This document shows positions 43,459 through 58,514 of a stretch of DNA of 64,000 bases, piece by piece. Under the pieces are notes generated by a model. That model searched no databases. It worked only from the letters and a program-made list of their open reading frames with translations, and was not told where the DNA came from. A program made the translations under genes and the position numbers. Every line of letters starts with the position of its first letter. Within the stretch, counting starts at the first letter, position 1. Source of the stretch: Eledone cirrhosa (lineage: Eukaryota); contig OZ024746.1 of the NCBI GenBank assembly GCA_964016885.1, positions 55,242,001-55,306,000 on the forward strand. Direction: 5' to 3'.

Positions 43459-43694
43459 ATATTAATAAGAGGAATTCCAACTTTGTCTGATTTACTCGTT
43501 TTATTTACAATCCTTTAAAATTTATAATGGTATTATAATGAAATAGTATGATAGAATATTAAATTCTAAGTGTCAATTAACACTTAGAATTTAATATTCT
43601 ATCATACTATTTCATTATAATACCATTATACATTTTAAAGGATTGTAAATAAAACGAGTAAATCAGACAAAGTTGGAATTCCTCTTATTAATAT
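43459..43694. repeat. Near-perfect spacerless palindrome of about 236 bp
   Basis: Centre CTAAGTG-TCAATTAA-CACTTAG at about 43577; only about 2 mismatches seen. Confidence 0.95.
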
Positions 43695-44070
43695 GATCTT
43701 CTATACACAATCATACACACCCGTGTATATTTACCTATCTATATATATATATATAAATGAGAGATATAGAGATTGTTTTAGCAAGAAGCTAACGGCATTC
43801 TATAACATATATGCGACTATAACGTCAAGATGGGAAAAGTAGTTAACGAAAGATTTAGGAAAAATAACTCAAACTCATCTCAAAAGAGAATCAGGATATA
43901 TATATATATATATATAAATTTCAAGTTATCAATAATGTAGTGATAATATATCGTCACGTTAGAGATGAACAGCGTACATGTAGGTTTGCTCAACGTGTAT
44001 AAATTATATTCCGGAGAAAATGTAGAAAAGATGAATATAAAATGAAAGTGCTTTTATAAAGGAATTTATT

Positions 44071-44195
44071 AGGTATTGACATATGTTTCTGTAACAGACG
44101 GAATACTTATGTATCGCTGCTTGCGTAATCATATAACGTTAGCAAGTATTCGATAGCAAATGTATAATCAGTTGTCACTTCTTCAGCGATATTGG
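44071..44195 (-). ncRNA. Hammerhead remnant related to the 34836-34952 motif (stem I lost)
   Basis: CTGAAGA-A-GTGACA...TGTTAC-A-GAAA-CATATG-TC; flank AAAGGAATTTATT shared with 34828-34840. Confidence 0.55.
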
Positions 44196-45000
44196 ATAAA
44201 TTGGAAAAAATCAGAAAAATCAAAGTATTTATATTAGTTGTAAGACAGGAAGTAGAGAAGGGATAGTATATGACAGATAGCAATTCAATTTGCTGGTAAA
44301 CAAGTATATAGAAGGTTTTTAATGAGAATACAATGAGTATAACCTTATTTTCTCTAAATAAGAATTTTTGGGAGTGCCTATTTTAGTCTATATGTGACCA
44401 ATTGAACAATGGACAGGGCTGGTCGTTTGGTGTAGTTGTAAGGAAGAGAGAGATTTTCACTGCTACTGTATAACAACAATGCTGGTAGCCTGCTGGTATA
44501 TGCATTAGGGAATTGAATTAAGCAACCTCATTTTATCTATAGCAGTTTATATTAAATGGTAAAGAATGGGATTCCTTCTCATTTTGAGATATCCTATTAA
44601 GGATAAATCTCGAATTCGAACTCTTCAGGGGACAAACTCGCTAGGACAGATTATTTTCTGAAGTGGTCCCCGCCAAACACGAATTCAAAATGGCTGAGAA
44701 CCGTGACGTGGCAGTGGTCACGTCAGAAAGAGTTTGATTGGTTGCTTACGGCGAGTGGGTTGGTTGCTAGAAAGCGCAGCCCGATATCGCCCAAATTGCA
44801 TTTCAACCTTATGGGTGATTATTAAATATAAATATCTACATATACACCAATTAAACAAAGTCACAGATATATATGTGTTTTGGCAACCATTCACGATGTG
44901 GCTCAATGAAGAATTAATAAATTAAATAATCAGAGCAAAATACTATAAAGTAAAGCATGTACATAGAAACATTTGATAATATATATACATCATTTCTTCT

Positions 45001-45038
<38 letters not shown>

Positions 45039-45043
<5 letters not shown>

Positions 45044-47990
45044 TTAGTTAAGCAAAACAAGACCACACATTTCACAGGGAAGACATTATTAAATTTTGTC
45101 AACATATTTTAGTTTGATGTAAGAAATGTAGAGAATAATAATAATAATAATAATGTCCGTTTACAATTGATTCGCTACTCCATATAATGTTTCTGGAACA
45201 AATGATTATAGATCATTATTGATCTGGTTCAGTTGAAAATAATTAACTTAGGTAAAAATAGAGCAGCTCATCGGAACTTCAAAAGGAATATAAATTAAAA
45301 TGAAGAAAGAATGTTACATGAATGTAATGTTCCATATATTGGTATTTCACTATGGTCTCCTGGGTATTATATTGTCTGCCATAATCGAGCAGTATTCTTC
45401 TGTCGAGGCTGCATTGTGTGAGATGTGCGTATGGGTAACAAGATGGCCGCCAATGGACATATTTACCTTACTAATTAGAGGGTGGTTTCCGTGGAAGTAA
45501 CTCCTCGAGAAATTAGAAATTGTGGGTAGAGCACCAACTCTGACATAACCAATAATGAGATTGACATCATACTTATGGGTAGGCAGACCATCATTGAATT
45601 CAACGGAGCACTCTGGACTAGAAAAGACAGAATAGACAACTTTGACATCACTATGGGCTCAAGTGACTCTGCGCAAATCACCGATTTAGTTGGAATTTAC
45701 CTATTACATAACATCAGAACTGAAATCCAACACTTGCAAGGCCGAATATATAGGGCGACGCCCTATTTGTAGTCCACAATTGCACTAATCGATGCATTAA
45801 CTTGCTAAACACAATTACATAAATTCTTCAAAAATAACTGTATCTCTATCACCATCGAGCCGAACCATAAAGTAGTAAACTTCCTAGACGTTATCCTAGA
45901 TCTTAATAATGACCTATATTACCCTTATCATAAACCAGGTGAAATACTCACATATATTAACCCACACTCTAACCACCCACCGGCAGTCATCAGAGCAGTA
46001 ATCAAATCTATCTCGTATAGGATCACCATGCTATCAGCAAATGAGGAGATATTTATAAACCATGCGGCATATTATAATAAGGCTCCTTCTGAATCTGGTT
46101 ATGAACAGTCCATTTACTACATACCTAAATGCATAACACAGCACTTCACCACAACCATAATAAACATAACACTAGAACTAGAAATACCTTAGCATATAGC
46201 CAGATTCGCCGGAAGTTTAGCAGTAACAGCACCTATACAGAGAACCTTAATGGTGGCAGTGGCCTGCCTCCCACTCCAAGTAGCAAACTAAAAATCAACC
46301 CTAGAATAGGAATGGGCAATGGAATGACAAATAACAAATGTCCAGGTAATAATAACCCTAGGAAGGCTCCCTAGCAACTCCACTAGCACCCCTAGAAGGA
46401 ATAGGCTTAGAAATATCACCTGGCTTACCCCCCCCCCCCCCCCACATTCTCATCTAATCTAGCCACTAATATCCCTAAACGCTTCTTCTCTATCCTATCT
46501 AAACATTTCCTCCCCAACCATAAATACTACAAACTCTTTAATAAAAACAACATTAAAATCTCATTCTCCACAACACATAACCTAGCTAGCCACATCGCAT
46601 TCAGTAACCATCATAAGCTAAGACAGTATAACTCTCACACCGCGGTACCACCACCCTCATCACATACACCACGCCACTACACCAATACTTACTCTAGTAG
46701 CACACCTCCCCCATCTAATCCTTCTAGCACTGACCAACCGCTTAGGTTAAACAACCCTACTCTCACTAACCGCAGAAGTAACTGCAACTGCCGTTACCCT
46801 AATGCATGTCCACTAAATGGACATTGCTTGAAACCCAATATAGTTTATAGGTGCACAGTTAAAACTGCTTCGCATACCAGCTCCTACATCGGCTCTACCT
46901 CTAACCCTTTTAAGGTACGCTATAACGCGCACTCTTTTTCCTTCCGAGACCCTAACAACAGATGTTCGACATCTCTAGATAGACTCATTAAAAACCTTAA
47001 ATTAACCAACATTGAACACTCACTAATAACTTGGCTAGGTCCCAACCGTTCAATGGACGAAGAAACACTTGTGACCTCTGTATTACCGAATCATATTACA
47101 TAACTCTATCACGACCTCTACCGATTAACGATAGAACGGAGGTAACTATTAGCTGTCAACATCGAAGGGCTAATTCCTTCGCCAACAGAATATTTGACCT
47201 AACATAGTCATCTAGCCCCATTTTTACTTGTAGCTAATAAGTTAAATAGTTATAGCTAACATAGATAATTATAAGTTACCTCCCTTACATTGTCTCTCAA
47301 TTAAAACATAAAAAAATTACCACTTCTTAACTATAATCTACACACAATTTCTAATTTCTCGAGGAGTTACTTCCCCTGAAACCACCCTCTAATTAGTAAG
47401 GTAAATATGTCCATTGGCGGCCATCTTATTACCCATAGGCAGATCTCACACAATGCAGCCTCGACAGAAGAATACTGCTCGACTATGGCAGACAATAGAT
47501 ATACCCAGGACACCATAGTGAAATGCCAATATATGGAACATTACATTCATGTAACATTTTCTTCATTTTAATTTATATTCCTTTTGAAGTTCCGATGAGC
47601 TGCTCTATTTTTACCTAAGTTAATTATTTTCAACTGAACCATATCAATAATGATCTATAATCATTTGATCCAGAAACATTATATGGAGTAGCGAATCAAT
47701 TGTAAACGGACATTATTATTATTATTTTTTTTTCTCTACATTCCTTACATCAAACTAAAATATGTTGACAATCTTTTAATAATGTCTTCCTTGTGAAATG
47801 TGTGGTCTTGTGTTGCTTAACTAATGAATATTTCCAGCTCTGTGCACCTATCCTCTGCATGAACCCAGCCACCGAGCTGCCTTCCACTGCATATTGCACA
47901 TTGAGTACATGCCTTTACACTTTGGCTTCTAACTAATTCACCAATCTCCCTTATCCTCTCCGATCTCCATCTCTCTCTTTAAGATTGGTT
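45039..47990 (+). mobile_element. 5'-truncated Naiad-like PLE (RT, thumb, GIY-YIG; frameshifted) with an inverted 5' terminal repeat of about 490 bp
   Basis: FDITMGSSDSAQITDLVGIYLL, YR(D)D with a 1-nt deletion, VNFLDV.LDL, SNHPP, CNCRYPNACPLNGHCL, NIVYRC...YIGSTSNPFKVRYNAHSFSF (about 45530-47208); 45039-45529 is the reverse complement of about 47338-47830. Confidence 0.92.
47589..47707 (+). ncRNA. Variant hammerhead motif in the pLTR (mirrored at about 45158-45277 on minus)
   Basis: GTT-CCGATGA-GCTGCTC...GAGTAGC-GAAT-CAATTG-TA^-AAC; both arms share CCGATGA and GAAT. Confidence 0.6.
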
Positions 47991-48312
47991 ACTCTTGAAC
48001 TGTATACATATATATATATAATATATGAGGAATTAGAAATAGAAGCCAGGAATATTCGTCATCAGTGGTCTACTAGCCATCATAGGTATTTCTTCGCATT
48101 ACAGACCATATACCTCAAGCTAGGGCGATACAATAACTAAATTAAGTTATTGGGATAAAAAGAGTCGGGTGGAGAAAGAGAGACAGGTAATCAAACACTA
48201 ATGGTGAGGATACGTAAAGAGAGGAAAACATGGGAAAATCAAATCAATAATTCATTTAGAACATAAGAACTTGCGAATATTGACGAGAAGGCAAAGACAC
48301 ATCTTGGCCGTG

Positions 48313-48367
<55 letters not shown>

Positions 48368-49642
48368 GGCCATGAATTTGTTTTGCAAGGTTTTTGATAT
48401 GAAATCGTGTATTGGAACAAATATTGTTATATTTGGAGAGGGAAATATTGTTATAATATTGTCAGAACTAATAATAGAACACACTCACTCTTTGGTTTGG
48501 ATTGGTTTTTGCTTCTGTATATTTTATATCCTTATAGTCAATTTAGCTGGCAATCAATGTTTATCATAAAAAATATAGATATAAATATATATATTTAGTC
48601 TATCAAAGTTCTTTCATCACAAACCTGTGACATCCTCATTGGTACTATTAAGATAATAGATACATTTAGATACCTTTCACAATAAGCCTTAGTCACCTGC
48701 ATCTTGGCAGATTCCTGTGAGATATCCTGTTTTATTAGCAGGAAGATTGAATTAAGGCGACGATCACCGTAACGGCATTGTCCGATCTTACTGTAGGATC
48801 CGCAGTTATAGCAAAAAGAATTGGTCGATATGATGGTTACATTATTTTCATTGATATTAAGGTCAACAATAAAATTAAATATTTTCCACCATATTTCCAT
48901 ATATTCCACATCGTCGCATATTCCTACACTTTTAATAGCTTAAGCATTGGGTTGATCTGAAGTCCATGGTATCTTAATAGATATCAAAATATTAAAACAA
49001 TTTTAATATCTCCCACCATAATATTAAGGTACTACACTTTTGTACATTCCAGTAAGATCTACAGTTTTTGAGCAAAGATTATAAAGATATGAGGTTCATG
49101 CCATTATGTGTATACATGAATTTTAATAACTTCCAGGAAAGTTTCTTAGTAACAGGCATCTCTACAGATTCAACAGATCACTCGCAGTTCTTTCAAACCT
49201 CGACAGAACGGCGCTCATTAAAAGTTATTCAAATAATATTTTTACATTTTCACGGTTGACTTCTTTGCATTTATTTGCCGTTTTAGAAATCATCAGCCAG
49301 GTGAATGTATGTAATTTACATGTGTCCGGTATTTGATATACTTGTCTCCATTCTGTCTTTAAACGAAAGAATATATCACTAGCACTGTTAAATACAAATA
49401 TAATTTGCATCGACAGTAATGTGAATCTGAAATTATTCGGCGACTAAGATAATTGCCTATTTCATGAAATCAGTGCATTTCATACAAAACAACGACGTTA
49501 GGTAGTCGTTTACTTTAGCTTGTATAAATACTATTTTAAAAGAACTGACTGCAGATAAATATGTAGATATATGTTTAAGCGAATAATATGTTGGATAACC
49601 TAACATCAGCTATAAAATGAGGTAATAGATATATACTTTATT

Positions 49643-49685
<43 letters not shown>

Positions 49686-49739
49686 CTGTGTGCGTGCGCG
49701 CGTTTTCGTGTGAGTGTATAGAGAGTGACAGAGGAAGAA

Positions 49740-49846
49740 AGATGGTGTCCTCAAAAAAATGTAAACACACTTTGATTACCTGTACAGGCAATATTTATGA
49801 GAATGTTGTTGAAGTATGTATACATTTTTTGGGAGACACCCTGTAT
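49740..49846. mobile_element. Small Tc1/mariner-type MITE remnant
   Basis: GGTGTCCTCAAAAAAATGTAAACACACTT ... AAGTATGTATACATTTTTTGGGAGACACCCTG-TA terminal inverted repeat. Confidence 0.55.
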
Positions 49847-49922
49847 ATATGTATATATAATTATTGGATAGTGAAATAGAGCTTCCGAAAAATAGACCTC
49901 TGTATCTTATATGTATATGTTT

Positions 49923-49982
<60 letters not shown>

Positions 49983-50588
49983 CAGTTGTGTGTGTGTGCG
50001 CAATTTCAAATGTATTCGTCCCAAATGTAAAAGTGGTTATAGGAATAGATGATCACTCTATATAATAGTATAAAACACAGCTATTATATCCCACTATGTA
50101 GGCTACTGTCCGGGTTCTTACAAGTTAATGAAAGACCAGGACCAACGTGATGGTTTTGTAATAAAAAGGAAAAATACTATTTTCTCCACAAATAACATGA
50201 AGGTTGTGTCAGAAATTATCACGGCAAGAATTTCCAGCGAATCTGACAATAAAAAAATAAGATAATGGAAAGTATTCTTTGCTTGGTAATTTCTCCGGGA
50301 TCTTGGCCAAATTCCACGATAGGTATTATCTAGGAATGCCGGAATGGAGTCAAGATGTATCTTCATATCAGAACCGTTTCTCACCTGATTCCCTTTTTAA
50401 GGATGATAGCCCCACAAAAAAATCGTGTTAAGGTATGCTGGCATTTCTATTTCCAGCGGAAATTCAGCATGTGTAAGAATACCCGTATTTTGTTTATGTG
50501 TATGTCTCTGTATTGGTATGTGTACGTGCGTGCGGTTTTGTGTATGTGTGACTTGGTGTACTAGCGCATGTGTATGTATATGTAGGTT

Positions 50589-50668
<80 letters not shown>

Positions 50669-50987
50669 CCTGTGTATGTGTAGTTTGTTTGCAATCTATA
50701 TAGAGAAATTGGAGTAAATCCTAAATTTCTACATATAAATTATTGATATGGACACGTATTGAATAATTTCCTTTACGCACGGTTTTCTTTTTCTGTGTAA
50801 CATAATGATAGAGTTTATGAAAGCCACCGACATATCAACATTTCTATAGTTTCTCAAAAATATGGAGAATATATACAGGGGAGGTCTATGGACTGTTTCT
50901 AAGTCCAAGCTATAAATAAAAGGCATATATTTCGCTCCATGTAATCTTCATTACCGAAGCGCTCAAAACATGAGTATTATCATGCAC

Positions 50988-51083
<96 letters not shown>

Positions 51084-51085
51084 CT

Positions 51086-51218
51086 TATTTAATGTAGAAA
51101 AGGCTTCTAGAGGACTAGAACTGTTTCATTCTTCGAAGGAAATCATCAGGGCTTTCCTGATGATTTCCTTCGAATGAAACAGTTCTAGTCCTGTAGAAGT
51201 CATGTCTATATTAAATAT
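51086..51218. repeat. Fold-back with hammerhead core boxes in both arms
   Basis: TTTC...TCATCAG-GGCTTTC-CTGATGA-TTTCCTTCGAAT-GAAA-CAGTTCTAGTC. Confidence 0.85.
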
Positions 51219-51579
51219 TTATACTCTACTATGCATTAAGAACCATGCTTACTGTGGTTACCTCCGATTGAATCCAGATATACATATATATGTATGTATA
51301 TATATATATAGAAATAGATAGATATAGATAAATGAAAGGACTATATATATACAGTATATATATTTATATATTGTTATACTTTGGGAGGGTCATGTTGCCA
51401 ATAAGAAACACAAGCACTTCACATGCTTTCACTCCAATTTATTATAATTTAAATTATAAATTTAAAAAAATTAAGAAAAATGTATAACAATATCGGTCTC
51501 AACACAGATTTTCATATAAATAATCTTGCTTAAACAATTCAGAAACGAAATATATAAATATATATATATATATATAATA

Positions 51580-51706
51580 TATAGAGTTATAAACTCAAGA
51601 TAGTCTTTTACAATTAAATAGCTCAAAGATTATTACACGGCTCGGAAATATTCCTTTCTTTGAGCTATTTAATTGTAAAAGCCTATTCTGAGTTTATAAT
51701 TCTATA
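51580..51706. repeat. Fold-back cassette; the right arm is also found at about 4320-4385
   Basis: ATAGAGTTATAAACTCAAGATAGTCTTTTACAATTAAATAGCTCAAAGA versus TCTTTGAGCTATTTAATTGTAAAAGCCTATTCTGAGTTTATAATTCTAT. Confidence 0.8.
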
Positions 51707-52105
51707 TGTAATATTCTCGGCTCCATACGTAGAGCAAATTTTTAGTCCCATATAACCGGCTGCCACCTTTAGCGGCACGAGTATGGGACGAACTAGGCGC
51801 TGTGACACATGTGCGTTCAAAAACACATTACTCTCAGTCTTCTTAATTATTTTGAAGTGAAACTTACCAATTTCTGTATTTAAAATTTGTATTTAAAATT
51901 CTGTATTTAAAATTCTGTATTTAAAATTTGTCCGGGTTTCACGGCTATTGCCAATATAGGTTTGTTATTATTGATTTATTATTTTAAATCGAGACAGGCA
52001 AACCGTATTATTTTAATTAGTATTGTTCAATCTAGCTAACTTGGTCATTAGCAATACGAACACATGTATATTTGTATCAGCGATTATCCCTATCATATAT
52101 TCATT

Positions 52106-52155
<50 letters not shown>

Positions 52156-52201
52156 CATATATCTCTCTCTCTATATATATATATATACATACATATATAT
52201 A

Positions 52202-52273
<72 letters not shown>

Positions 52274-52275
52274 CT

Positions 52276-52400
52276 GAAGGGACGTGGCTGTATGGTTAGA
52301 GAAGTGGATTCTCAATTGTAATGTTTTTAATTCGATTCCCGGACCGGGTGATGCATTATGTCCTTAAACAATACATTTTATTTCACGTTGCTTCTTCTAC
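52276..52400 (+). mobile_element. CORE-like SINE 5' fragment
   Basis: GTGGCTGTATGGTTAG...TTCGATTCCCGGACCGGGTGATGCATTATGTCCTT. Confidence 0.7.
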
Positions 52401-52688
52401 CTGGAGTTGCGACCGATAGATAGTATTAGCAATTCGAAAGACCAATGGAAACATTGTTAACTCGGTCCGATTTGACGAAACTCGATTGACTGTCGGTATA
52501 TATATGTATATGTATATAGTTGCTTTATTTCGTGTTTAATCTATCCGTAGTTCGAGTTGCGAGTTGCGTCTGCATCTCTCCAATTAACACAGCGGTGGAA
52601 GAACGACTACACGCCGTATGCATAGCAAGACAGGTGAAATCGAAAATCACCCTAATGCACAATGTTATTACGTAAATGAAGATACGTT

Positions 52689-52729
<41 letters not shown>

Positions 52730-52739
52730 TCGATCGATC

Positions 52740-52776
<37 letters not shown>

Positions 52777-53128
52777 GTAGATAGATAGATAGATAGATAG
52801 ATAATTACAACAGTGACATAGCAGGTACAGAAATTTCGTTGTGTTCTGGGCCCCAATTCGTTCAACCTGGCTTGAGAAAAATAAAAACAAAGATGCCCGC
52901 CTAGGGTTGATTGTGCTTTCCTGATAGGAATATAATATAATAGTTTACTCAGGGGCAGGTAATATACAAAGAGTAGTAGAGTGGCTAATAGGAAATGTGT
53001 CAGATCTAGCTGTCGAAACGGCCGCAGCTCAGTCGTCGGGGTCCTGACTCTTTTCCTATATACATATATATAAGGGTGTGTGTGTCTGTGCATTGATGTG
53101 TGTGGGTGTGTGTATGCATGTATGCATG

Positions 53129-53164
<36 letters not shown>

Positions 53165-53478
53165 TAAAGAGAGAGAGATAAAGAGAGAGAGAGAGAGAGA
53201 GAGAGACTGGTATGGCGGGTTATAACGTGTATTAGGTATATATGTGTACGTACTTTGGAATAAACGTTGTATTTATTTTGTTGTAGGCTTCTTTGTTTCA
53301 TTCTTATATTTATGGGTTTATTTTTTAAATACATATTTGTTTATTTTATCGTCAATTTATGTAAGTGTACAGCGATATTTTTGTATTAGTGTGTGTGAAT
53401 AGTTAATGCATTCATATTTTAGTCACATTCGGAGACAATCATTTACAAATACAAACTCAAAGACACACTTTCTCATTG

Positions 53479-53529
<51 letters not shown>

Positions 53530-53768
53530 CATAAGTATATATATATACATATATATACATATATATATATATTCGTCGATACACACCTAAATATACACAC
53601 GTCCAAATATACGCACGTAAACAGATACATACCTACATGCTTATGTACATATATGCATGCATACGTACATTCTCGTCATCTAATTACACATATTTTCATA
53701 GATTTGTCGATGCATTTGTAAATATGACATTCTCTGTATTTACATGTATTTATGTAAGTTTTTCTGTA

Positions 53769-53826
<58 letters not shown>

Positions 53827-54460
53827 TGTGTGTGTGTGTATATAATCACATGTATATGGACATATACATAATTTCTTTTTTATTTAAGCGTGTGCGTGTA
53901 TGTAGTTATGCTAGCAAAATACATTGAATATAAATATTTATATTTCTTTGATGCAAGCAACTTATTTGCTATTCAGGAGATGTTGCAAGTCTCTTTCTCT
54001 TTTTTCTCTATCTCTCCCGCCACCCCCCACACTATTCCACCATTCCTCCATTCTGCCAATCCCCCATTCTTCACTAGTTACTTCTTATCTAATGTTGTAT
54101 TCCAAATACATGTTGCATATATAATAAAATATATGTGACTGAGTTTTCATTTTACATAGGACATCCGTCGTTTTATTACCGAATCGTTAGAAAAAAGAAA
54201 CATATATATAACATACACACACCCAATATATTTAAATACATACATATAAATACATATATATATATATATGTGTGTGTGTGTGTCTTTGTGTGTCTGTGTG
54301 TGTGCATATGTGTGATAGTTCATATATATATATATATCTACAGACACACATACATTCATATATACAGAATATATATATATATATATATATCTACAGACAC
54401 ACATGCATTCATATATACAGCATATATATATATACCGACACTCATACATTCATATATACA

Positions 54461-54514
<54 letters not shown>

Positions 54515-54589
54515 CAACAGATACAGATATAGATAGGTTGGTTTGGTATTGATGTAAACAAAAACATATACATGCACCCACCTATGTGT

Positions 54590-54985
<396 letters not shown>

Positions 54986-55540
54986 ACTAGCTTTATAAAT
55001 GTGGTGATGCTATTTTAGTTTTATTGTTTGTAAGAGAGAAAAAACTGTATATGTTTGTTTACTAGGTGGATTTTCCTTTTTTGAATTTAATTTTTTTTCT
55101 CTTGGTTCCTGTGACGGTTTTTTCAAACAATTATTGCTTTTGTTTATATTCTATATTTTTTATCACATTTAGCTTTTTCTTGTAAATTTTAATGTTTCCC
55201 CGTTCTTTTATTCCAGGCCTTTTCTTAATTGAATATAGTTGTTACTTTTCAATTTACTTTTTTTTTTCGTTGCGGGGTGGTGATATTTTTCCTTTTCATT
55301 TTCTCTCTGTGGTAATATCATGCTTATTGAAAACAGGAATACACACACACACACATACACACACACGCTCATACCCTCACAAACAATCACACACTTTGAC
55401 ATACTCAGAGATACACACCAACAAACACTCACTCACATGCACACTCTCATACTCACACATACACATACACAAACATATATTCACACAGACAAACAGGGAC
55501 ACACAGTCACACATACACTAAGACACACACACGCACACAC

Positions 55541-55578
<38 letters not shown>

Positions 55579-56005
55579 AGAAACAAATCTTACACATGCT
55601 TGAATGTTTTGGTGTATATGACTATTTCTTTTTCTTACCATTTATTATCATTGTTCTATAGTCTATTATGTTTCCATGACTTTGTCTTCAATTTTTGCTT
55701 AAAATTCACACGTGCACACATACTAAAACATACACACATATATATATATTTATTGTATTATATGGTTTAACTTTTATTATTGGTAGTAGTAGAAGTAGTA
55801 GTATTCTCAGTAGTAGCAACATATCTATGTCTATATGTGCATATATGAATGAATACATGTGTGTGAATTTGCGTTTATGTAACTTTCAGCAGATTTATGA
55901 GTGCATATATGTAAATTCTTCTGAATATTTGTGTCTTCGTTTCAGGGCGTGGAGTTAATGTTTGAGTGTGTGTGTTTGTGTGTGAATGTGTGTTCCTATG
56001 TGTGT

Positions 56006-56078
<73 letters not shown>

Positions 56079-57434
56079 TTTGAATTTTTGACTAGTTAGA
56101 TCAATGAATATGTATGTGTCTTACTCTTTGGCCATAGTACAGAAAATGGTTGGCAAAAAAAGAGCACCTCATTCAACTTCTTCCAACATTAATAATGCTG
56201 ATTGTGGAGATACCTCAACGTCTATATATACAATGCTTCGCAAATTAAGTCAAAATACAATCATATATGAGTGATTGCTAGAAAAGACTGAAAAAGAAAG
56301 GGAATCGAGCCCTCATATTTTACTGAATATAGATATTCGAACATATACCATTATAAGTTACGTCTTGAACTGTTGGAATGGAGTATTGTTGGTAAAGAAC
56401 CACAGCTTGAGACGTGGAACAACATTGTGGCAGAACATAAGCTGTTGTCAACGTCGGGTTGTTGGTATAAACCTCCATGTTGACAGCAAAGGAGAAAATG
56501 TCTTTAGATATTTGTGAGTATGGAAATACACTATTGACAGATGCATTGTGTCCTAACACGGAAGATCCGAACTCCCACCGTCATTGCCCCCCCCTCCCCA
56601 TCTTTATTGTCCTCCCCATCTCTTTGTATTGTGAACAGATGGGGTCCCACATGCTGGCCCCTACACAGCCTCGGCTGACAGAATAGAGAAGGCGTTTCTC
56701 CGGAGTATGATAAGGGAGATGTGCTGCAACAGCCATTCAATCTCACGAGGCTCACACCTGCAGTTGGCAAGCTCAGCACCTGTGGCGTGTTTTAAGCATT
56801 TTAAACATGAAGGGGCGCTCCTTCTTCTTGCCAGATATAGCCAATTTCTTCCAGAGAAAATGAGAGCAAGAATCGATTCCTGTACAAGTCTGTTATTTTA
56901 TTTAACGATCTAGAAACGATTAAAGGTAAAGTTGACTTCGCTAGAATTTAAAATCAGAGCGAGGAGAGCGGGATTTTATACCTTAATGCATTTTATTTGT
57001 CGTTTTAATAACTCAGTCCATTCGCCACCTGTGATGATTTGTAGAGAATGATAAAAGGGGATGAAGAGAAATGTTAAACAGTATATACTCAGGATTTATG
57101 TTCTACAGTCGCAGGCGTGGCTGTGTCGTTAAGAATTTCGTTTCGCAAACTCGTGATTTACAGATTAATCCGTATGTATTTACGTTTGTGTGTTCGTGTC
57201 TGCGCTTACCTTTGTCTTTGTTGTTATTTATGTTCCGTAACTTAAGTGATCGATCATATAAATACCAGACATGATAAAATTGTTGTTCCACTATGGCTAC
57301 ATTGAAACCACTGGAAATCAATGAAGAATATAAATGTTAATACAAATATATTCCCTGTGAAGCATAAGTGACACTTCAGAACAAGTAGGCATATGTGCAA
57401 GTAGCAAAAACTTTAGAATGTTATCGTTACTTTT

Positions 57435-57679
57435 AATGATGTCGATGATGATGATGGTGATGGGGATGATGATTATGATGATGAGAGTAATGATGATGAT
57501 GATGATGATGAATGACGAATATGATGATGATAACGATGATGTTGATGGAGACAATGATGATGATGATCATGATAATGATATTAATGGTGGTGATGGCGGT
57601 GTTTGTGATGATGAAGAGAAAGTAACTTTCTGATGATAATGTGGACGCTGACGAGGATGATGATTACGATTATTTATAC

Positions 57680-57728
<49 letters not shown>

Positions 57729-57730
57729 GA
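57435..57730. repeat. (GAT)n and (ATT)n simple repeats
   Basis: Directly visible. Confidence 0.95.
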
Positions 57731-58460
57731 GTATTTTGATTTATTAGATATACACAACGTCCAAATAGAGAAAGGACATTAATAACAACAATAAGAAAAC
57801 CTTTTCTACAATAAAAATAGTGATGATAATACTAACAACAACAATAATAAAGCTAATAACTGTAATATTATTATAAATAATAATAATAAAACTAATAAAA
57901 ACAACGATATTATTAATGATAACAACACATGAGTTATCGATTTTGGTAGATTACTTTATGTCTGGTCGATACAAATAACAAAGACACATAAAAAATTATT
58001 TCATCAAAATATTGAAGTGTACTTCATATTGGTGATCAACAGATGTTCTTTTGTTTGAAATAATCCCACCATGGGGCCAAATCTTTCATTAAGTAGTATA
58101 TATAAATCATGTTTATAATGGCAGGTTCATTAATGAATCTCTAATACTAATTTACAACATTGATGCAATTGCTGATGAATATTTTCTACGATAAATATTC
58201 GAATCTAATAGATGGAATTTTTTTATTTTGTAATATTGTGTTGTTTGTTTTTGTACTACGGTCTTAATGCTGAAAATTAAACTTATATATTTGTATTACA
58301 CACACATACATACACGCACACGCACATACACATACACACACATACATACACGCACACGCACATACACATACACACACACGTCCACACACGCACAAACACA
58401 CTCACACATACACACTAACACACACAAACACGCGCACGCACACACGCACACACACACACA

Positions 58461-58510
<50 letters not shown>

Positions 58511-58514
<4 letters not shown>

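Noticed and set aside
48590-50450. Possible decayed LINE endonuclease fragments (MVGDI, RRLNSIF)
   Set aside because: Motifs too weak and not confidently ordered; needs a profile-HMM search
56300-56790. GC-richer stretch faintly like Tx1 ORF2 (RIEKAF...CC) or a host exon
   Set aside because: No continuous frame or recognisable domain; cannot be supported by eye
57418-57633. Met/Asp-rich ORF
   Set aside because: Translation of a (GAT)n repeat
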